Assembly (NCBI GenBank): GCA_020054495.1
Contig: JAHWGK010000009.1
Span: 5,314 to 69,313, forward strand
Length of the DNA: 64,000 bases
Reading direction: 5' to 3'
Origin: Thermoplasmata archaeon
GTDB lineage: Archaea; Thermoplasmatota; E2; DHVEG-1
Both the position numbers and the translations under genes were made by a program. Shown piece by piece: positions 17,279 through 26,200 of this stretch. Each line of letters opens with the position of its first letter. Position 1 is the first letter of the stretch. The notes beneath the pieces are model-generated. The model was not told the DNA's origin, made no database searches, and saw only the letters and a list, made by a program, of their open reading frames with translations.

Positions 17279-20200
17279 CTAGGCTTTGTAATGTTCGATG
17301 TAGTACCCTTCTGCAACGAACTCAATTTTATCATAAGTTTTTGGTAATGTAAATTCAAGGTAGTATTCATCTCCCTCTTTCAAAATAAGATAATGATCAT
17401 CTGAATATCTCAGAAGTTGCCTATTTATTAATGATGTAAATGATTCTTCAGTTAATGGCTTTGAGATTGATAATTGAGTTTTAATATTATCTAATTCAAC
17501 TATCTGGCCATCATTTATTCTAAGATAGATGTGATCAAGGTATGTTGTCTCATCAAGCTCCTCAGTGATTTTCAACATCACCTTTCCATCGATTATATCT
17601 ATTTTTCTAGTAATGTCTATAAGCTGTGTGTATTTATTATCAAGTGCTATTGCCCCTGGTATAAAATCTGAAAGTTTTCTGAATTCTTTATCTCTAAATA
17701 AATAAAGGAAAGGCGAAGCTGATGGAGTGTAATTCACTTCCACGTAGACTTGTGTGCAGTTACTATATTGATAGTCGCGTCCTATTAAGGCTACGCCAAC
17801 TTGAAGTTGATCTATTTCAGTCCATGTCCAGTTGGAACTAGTAAATGGGTTTGTATCATGGTTCCAGCTATAGGTTACATAGCTAGTGGTTAAAGTAACA
17901 GACGTATCGCTGTCATAAAAGTCCCTTGCCCCACCATTATACATAGCCGGTTTCATATCATTATCGACTGGTGGACCACCACCGGTGCCATATTTTGTAC
18001 CAACTAGATAAATAGTGACATTATTGATATCGCCAGTTTCAGTGGTATGAGGTTGGAGAATGTAGGTATCATTAATGTAGGTGGCTTGATCGTCTGTGTA
18101 TACAAAATCGGTATCTCCATTGTGTGTTTCCTCATCAACAGATTGCCAATTTGGATTATCCGGCACGCCGAGAGGTCCATTTGCTAGCTGTTCAGATTGC
18201 CCCGTGTTAATCGGTCTTATTGTTAGAGTTTGTGGCGGGGTTGTTGTAAAGTTATATGTTCTATTTGCCCATGCTGTGTAATCTGTGACATTTACACTCC
18301 ACCAGTATTTTGTATTTGGGCTGTCCATACTTTCATTTGTTTGACTGTATGTTCCGTTGTAAACAGAATCATTATATCCAATTAATCCCCAAGATCCTGT
18401 CACATTAGTATAAAAGGTAACATTCATGGCGTCAATGTTAGTATCGTTTACTTGTATTGACAAAGTTGGAGTTATACCTTGGCCAGTTGCACCATCACTT
18501 GGACTTGGGCTGCTTTGTGTTGGTGCAACGTTTTGTATTTCTTGACCACCAAATGCTATGAATAAACTTGGGGAACTAGTTGTGTTATATGTTGCGTTTA
18601 TCCAGCTGGTATTACGAGCGATTTTTGAGATTCTAACTTCATCAATCTTTCCATCCCAATATTCTGGATCAGCTGAATTGTTTTCTCTACCAATCATCAA
18701 AGGAACTGATTGAGTTGATGGATTTGATGCGACTGCATCAGCTGTTCCTTCTGAGCTACTATTAACATATAATCTTAGATTACTTCCATCATTTATTCCC
18801 ACCACATAGTGCCAGCCAGTTGATGTCAAGTCAGTATTACCATTAGCGGTCTCAGTTCCGCCACCTGAGTTACTAAATGTTACAACAGCAATACCATCAG
18901 TTGTATTTGAATATAAGGCAAAGTTTCTATCTGTGGAATCATCGATTTGTTTATTGATCATAAAATGATGGTCAGATTTATCATCTAATGTTACCCAGCA
19001 TTCAAGACTGAATGAACTAAGATTAAAATCAGAATGATGATTTTCATCCATATAATCTGCATCTCCTTCTAAATCATCAGCTCCATTTGCAATACCAGTT
19101 GCGTCAGTATCCGAATCACTGTCTGTATCATGGAGTGTTAAATCATGGTCGTTAGATGTTGAATCGTTATGGTTTTGCCCATTAGATGGTGCATCATGAA
19201 GATGCCATATTCCAACAAAATTACTATCCCATACATTTGTTACGTCCTCTCTATTTGCAGTACATACTGTGTTTCCATAATACATATATATTGTTGTATT
19301 TGTTGAAGAAGATAGACTTGTAACATTAACCCAAGCAACAAGTTCACCGTTACTATTATCATATTTTTCAATTTCATGTGCCAACTTATCTGTATATGAG
19401 CCATTCATCCAATCAACAGTAGTAATCATAAACATGATATCATTACCACTTGAATGCGCGTTATTTTTAAGATCGTCATCGGTAGTACTAATTAGAACCG
19501 GAAAGTTAGTAAGATCTTCATCAATCATTGAAGCATTTATCCATATTTGCTTTCGATAACTCCATGTTTTTAAAATCCCTTCTTGACTACCAAATGTAGC
19601 AAAAGTTGTTGGGCTATTTGTATTATAATAAGTTGTATTTATCCAGTCAGCACTTCTTGCTGTATTAGAAATACGAAGTTCATCCAAAGTTCCTGTAAGG
19701 TACTCTCCAATTTTTAAGTCGTTATTATTTGTATTAATGCTACTTGAGTAACTAGTGTCATCTACTTCGTCTCCATCTCTATATAACCTTATTGTTGAAC
19801 CATCATAAGTTAACACAACATAATGCCAATTAGTATCAATTGAACAAGTTGCACTATTGCTATTAATATAACCATATACGGTAGTGCCTCCAGGATTCAT
19901 TTCAAGTGAATAAGCATTTTGTCCTTTACTTATAATTTCTTTATTTGCTCCAATCGTTGTAAAATGATATGTTGCATTAGTCCACTCACCCTGACTGTCA
20001 TTTACACAAACTTTCCAATAATAAGTTTGACTGTTTGAAGAAAAGTTTGAGTCAACATCTGCTTGGGAATAGGTTCCATTGGTTTTTGAATAATTTGTAC
20101 CAACTAAATTTGGACAACTACTATCTGCTCCCCAGTACCATGTGATATCCATCTGTAATGAATCACTGTGATTTACTTGAATTTCAAGAGTCGGATTCAA

Positions 20201-23200
20201 ACTTACTCCGGTACTTTCATTTGAAGGATTTTCATTTGATAATATGGGTTTGTTGTTTGTAGTATTGCTACCACTTTCATTATCATCTGACCACTCATCA
20301 AGTGTTGGGTTATATGTCCAAGTTGCATAGCTCCATGCTTGATAATAATAAATGACTCCGGCTGTTAACCCGGCGTCTTCATAATTAGAGCCGCTGTCAT
20401 TATAAACTTCTATTCCTTCACCTCTATCCCAACTTGTTACCCCACTTTGATTTCTTTCAATATAAGTTGTATTAGCACCATCTCCCGCGGTCCATGTTAG
20501 ATAAATAACTGATGAGCTATTTGTTTGGATATTTAATGTTCCTGATACTGTAGCATTTGGTTTTGTTAGAAATGTTAGTTCAATCCCAGTTGAAAAACCT
20601 CCACTATTGTTTGCCCATGCTGTAAAATAATATAGTTGTCCTGGTATTAAATCACTTGAATTATTACTAAATGCATTTCCTTCTGAGACTGTTCCAACAG
20701 TAATATTTGTCGAAGTTCCACCAGAAGTTGTATCTAACCAAAAACCACAAGTTGTAGTTCCATTTCCATCATCATTTAATAATCCATTTAGAGTTGCATT
20801 TGTTTCTTCAACGCCTGTTGCAGCATTTGTAGTAACAGTTGGAGAACCCGCACCTGTAGTAAAATGATATGTTGCATTTGTCCAATTGCACCCGTCTGTT
20901 AAATTTATACTCCAATGGTAAGTAACTCCAGGATCACTAAAGTTTGTATTTGTTTGTGTTATGTTTGTTCCTGTGCTTATACTAGTATTGGTTGCGAAGT
21001 CTACCCATGTCTCTGAGCTGTTGCTTCTCCATGTCGCTGTCATGGTGTCGCTGTCTGCATCTGTACATATTACATACAAAGCAGGCGTTGTAGTTATACC
21101 TGTGCTTTGGTTTACTGGTGATTCTCCGCTTTGTGTTGGTTCACTGTTTGTAGTGAAGTGATATGTCTCATTACTCCAACCTCCTTCTCCATCTGTTAAA
21201 TTTATACTCCAATAGTATGTAGTTCCTGGGTTGCTGAAGTTGCTGTTAGTTTGAGTAATATTTGTATTATTTGCTATACTATTATTTGAGGCAAAATCAA
21301 CCCAAGCTCCTGAGATGTTGCTCCTCCACGTTGCATTCATTGTGTCTCCGTCATTATCTGTACAAATTACGTAAAGTGCGGGTATTGGACATATATTCAA
21401 ACTCTCATTAGTTGGACTCTCGCCTGATTGTGTGGGTTCATTATTTGTAGTTTGGTTTGTACTACTATTTTCATCTGACCATTGATGAATAGTAGGATTA
21501 TAAGTCCAATTAGCAAAGGTCCAAGCTTGATAGTAGTATCGTAATCCTTCTAAGAGACCTGTATCTTCATAGTTCGTCCCACTACCATTATAAATTTCAG
21601 TACCATCCCCTCTAGCCCAAACAGTAACGTCACTTGCATTCCGTTCAATGTATGTGGTGTTATATCCTGTTCCACCAGTCCATGATAGATAAATCATTGA
21701 TGTGCTATTTCTCTGCGAAATAAATGAACTAGGTACGTTTGGTTTTGTAAGAAATGTCATCTCTGAGCCATTAGCAAATCCTTCGCTATTGCTGGCCCAA
21801 GCTTGATAGAAATAGATCTGACCTTGGCTAAGGCTCTCATTATTATTACCAAACTCTGTATTGTTTGCTATTGTTCCCACACTAAAGTTTTCGGAATAAG
21901 TTCCTGAGCTTGTTCCAAATCTAAATCCACAGGTTGTATCGGCACTACCATTGTTTTGTAAGTATCCTCTGAGTGTTGCATTTGTTTCCTCTATTCCTAT
22001 AGATGCATTAGTTGTGACCGTAGGTGCTGATACTGTTGTTGGATTATAGTAACAACTTGCATCATCACTGCTTGGAGCAAGCTCCATATTACTTGAGTTA
22101 TCCTCTGCTATGCTGTAAAATTCATAATATCCAGTTCCGTTTGGAAAATTGAAATTCCAGGAAGCTGCAACCCATGGATCTGTATCGGGATTGCTTGCAT
22201 CGTTCCATTTAGTCCACCCCTCTCCTGCGAAATGTTGTGAGAATGCTACAATACATACTCCTCTATCATCATGCATTGCATTACCGCCATCTTCTCCATT
22301 TGCCTTTAATAAATAATTATAAGTGTTTGTGTTTAAAACACTATTGTTATCAAACATTATTGCGTATCCTATATCTGGACCCTCGGAATTTCCCTTATTG
22401 TTCCAACTACATATTCGATTTGCGCCAGTTTGTTTGCATGCAGTTGATGCAGCTCCAGTCTTGACAGAAAGAGCTTGGTATTGTATTGCAGCGGCCCATG
22501 GGTCATTAGGGGGATCACCTGAACCGTCATGTTCATATCTACCCCCCCAAAATGTTATAACGGTGCCATTAAACGTTGGATTATAACCACTTGCATTTCC
22601 TAGTTCAGTCCATGTACTATGAGGAATTTCGGTATTTGCAGAAGTTTGGTTATATGTGTAATTAAAAAATGCACTAAGATTCAATATAAAAATTTGACTG
22701 GATTGTTTATCATGAACATTATCCCCACAGAAATCTAATCCATACGTTTTTGAAGGCACAGCTGGTGATTCTAAAACATAAATTAAACTAAGCACCGATT
22801 CGTCATTTGAAGATTCTCCATCTCTTTCGACTGCTGTTTTTTCAGTTTTTACCGCGCCTGTATCTTCCGTTAATCTCATCATTAACAAATCATCACTAAC
22901 AGCATCGATTTCACATCTACTTGTACCCATAACAAGATAGTCACTACTCCCATCTGGAGTGAATGTAATGCTGGCACCAGATGTACTCCAGCTATCATCC
23001 ATATCATCCGATACTGAAGTATCATCATCATACCAATAATCAGAATTTTCAGTTAAATTGTCAAGTGGAATAGCCATTAATGATATTTCATCGAAATAAA
23101 CATTCAACACTGAGAGTGCATCTTGTGTTGCGTATAAGTCAATATCTTCTTCACTAACAGCAGTCCAATTGATAAATGTAAAATAAACCCAAGCTGAATT

Positions 23201-26200
23201 CTCATCACTAGGACCAGATTGTTGCTCATGAGTCTCTGTAAAAACAGAACCTCCATGCCTTATTCTTAGTCCTGCTACACAATCACTAAGATCATCATCT
23301 GCTCGAGCATGAGCTGAAGCAACAAGTAAATATTCATCTCCAACTATAAAATCGCCAGAATCCAGTGTTACTAGTGCTTGTGGACTTCTTCTTTCTACTG
23401 TTTGTTCGGTATTCTGCTCAGCATAGATTACTCCAATTTCGTCAGTTTCAGCAGTAAAATTATCGCTAGAGTATCTATAATAAAGTGTAACATTTTTTAA
23501 ACCAGATTCACTATCACTTGCTGTTGCAGTTATTGACAAAGGCGAACTTGTTTGCTCATAAGGAGAGATAGTATCTATACTTGACGTGGGTATGGTAGTA
23601 TCAGCTACAGTTGTAAAATGATATGTTTCATTATTCCATTCTCCTTCACCATCAGATACGTTGACACTCCAATAGTATTTTGTATTGTAACTACTAAAGT
23701 TTGAATTAGTTTGTGTAATGTTTGTATCTGGACTAATACTATTATTATATGCAAATTGAACCCAGCTTTCTGATGAGTTACTCCACCATGTTGCATTCAT
23801 AGTGTCACCATCCTCATCAGAAACTATTACATATAACGCAGGAGTCACACTTACCCCAGTACTTTCATTAGTCGGTGATTCTCCACTTTGTGTTGGTGCA
23901 TAACTAATTGAAATAGTAATAGTATCATTATCAGCTTTACCATAATTATAAACATTATCCCTTGCCCAAACATAATAAGTATTAAGTCCTTCAACACCAG
24001 TATCAGTATCTTCTCCATCATTCCCAGCATCTTCATCAGGAGTTGCATCACCGATTTCTGCAAAATGTGTATCTATTCCACTGCCACTCCCATCACTTGA
24101 AGTATCCCATGTGAAATATATTTCTGTATCATCATCTATTTCACCTTCATCCTCATATCCATCTGGTCTGCATTGAGCATTTGTTGTAGCAGTTGGAACT
24201 TCATCGTCTCTTGTGCAATCAACTTCTATTCCTGCAGCAGTTACATCAGAGCCTCCTGAGCATATTCCTTGTATTGCTACATCCCAATCGGCATTTGTCT
24301 CAAGTGTTTTATCATCAGCGGGAGTATATGCTGGAATTGAAAATGAACCAGAACTAATTGTATTATCTTTATAGGAACTACCTAAATCATCAGGGGTTCC
24401 ATCCTCATCTGTATCATAAAATAGTTGAACCTCAGTAGACCCACTACAAATATCATCATATGATGAATCAAAAGTCTGTGATGAACCTTGATATTCAACT
24501 GTACCAGTTGCTGTTACTGGATATCCGCCATTAAAAAAATCATTATCATTAATTTGCCCGGCAGTTCCTCCATATTCATAATTATCATCAATTGATAATG
24601 TTAATGAAACAACTTCTATGTCGTTTTCAAATGTATATGATCCTGCTTCATAGGTAATATAACCACATGTATACCCTAATTCATCATCAGTCCATGCAAC
24701 TACATCATAGTCAAAATCATCAGCGAGAAAATCCCAATCTGGGATAAACTGCCATGTTAAACGGTAACCTCCGGTTATTGCAGTTTCTGTTACACTACAT
24801 CCAGTTATCGATACATAACTTGAGCCAGCATAAATTGTAAAGGCATTTGTATCAACATTATAATTTAGAGTAAAAGAGGATAAACCAGCAGATATTCTAA
24901 GCCTACAATCATCTACATATGAACAACCTGTACCACTACATCCACCATCGATATGCTCTGTTATAATCGTAGTTGATTTTTTCCCGGCAAACAGATTTGC
25001 AGCACCAGAGATATATTCTGCTGCGGCTTGGTAATCAAGTTCAACATATGGCGTTTTACTACCAGAACTATAATCATTTGAATAATATTTTGCAGCATAG
25101 CTTGTTGATCCTGTTTCTGAACTATCCCTTATCATCCAGCCATAAGTTGTAGTTTGCAAAACTCTGGATTGAAAATTGGATGTAACATCCCAATCTTTAT
25201 ATTCATAAGTACTACCAAGTACCCTCCCATCAGTATATGTTGTTGCACTATTTTGATTATCCCAATCTAATTCACTACCTTGTGCAGTTGCAGCACATCG
25301 AGCTCCTTCTACCCACTGTGAAGGAACGGCACTTACAATATAACAATTGTGTGTTCGACTTGCGGGACTAGATCCAGAATATCCATAGTAATATACATTT
25401 AAGTCTGCATCATCTATTCTTGCATTAGTTAAATAAGAAGGTATACCTGAACTAGAAACATCAATAAACATACGATTTATTTGCTGTTGAGAACCTAGAA
25501 TTCCATGTTTTGGATCTACATACATATATGTACAAGTACCATAATTATAGCCATTATAATACTCACTTACAAAAGAGTCATAATTACAATCTAGTTCATA
25601 ACCTGCCGTATCAAGAGCATAATAATCTTTCCCCTCTGTAAAAACACCCTGCTGCCAACCAGAATAATCAAAAGGCTCTAGTGTTTTATTGTTTATTATT
25701 GCGTTATAAATATCTAAACGAGGATAATTGATACTAAAATTTTCATCATAATAAATATGATTTATTGGTTTACCAGTACTTTTTAATCGATAACTTAATT
25801 CATTCGGATCTAAATCATTTTGTTCTAGAACAAGTAATGCAGCCGCTGAAACATGTGGAGCACTGAATGATGTTCCTCTTCCTATGCCAGTTGGCGTTTT
25901 AATTTTAACTCCTGGTGCAAACATATCAAGTGTTGGATTAACATTAGAAAAACTAGCAACATTATCTGAACTACCAGTTGCGCTAACAGAAAATACCTTA
26001 GATCCACAAGATGGTGATTTTAGATATGTATCTCCATCATTTCCTGCTGCTGCTACAACAAATATTCCTTGATCAACTGCATCATTGCTCATCTCTGCAA
26101 CAAAATCACCATCACAAAATCCATCACAACCTCCTTGGGAACCAATACTAAAGCTGATAACATCTGGATTTTGTTCAATACACCATTCAATTGCTTCTAA

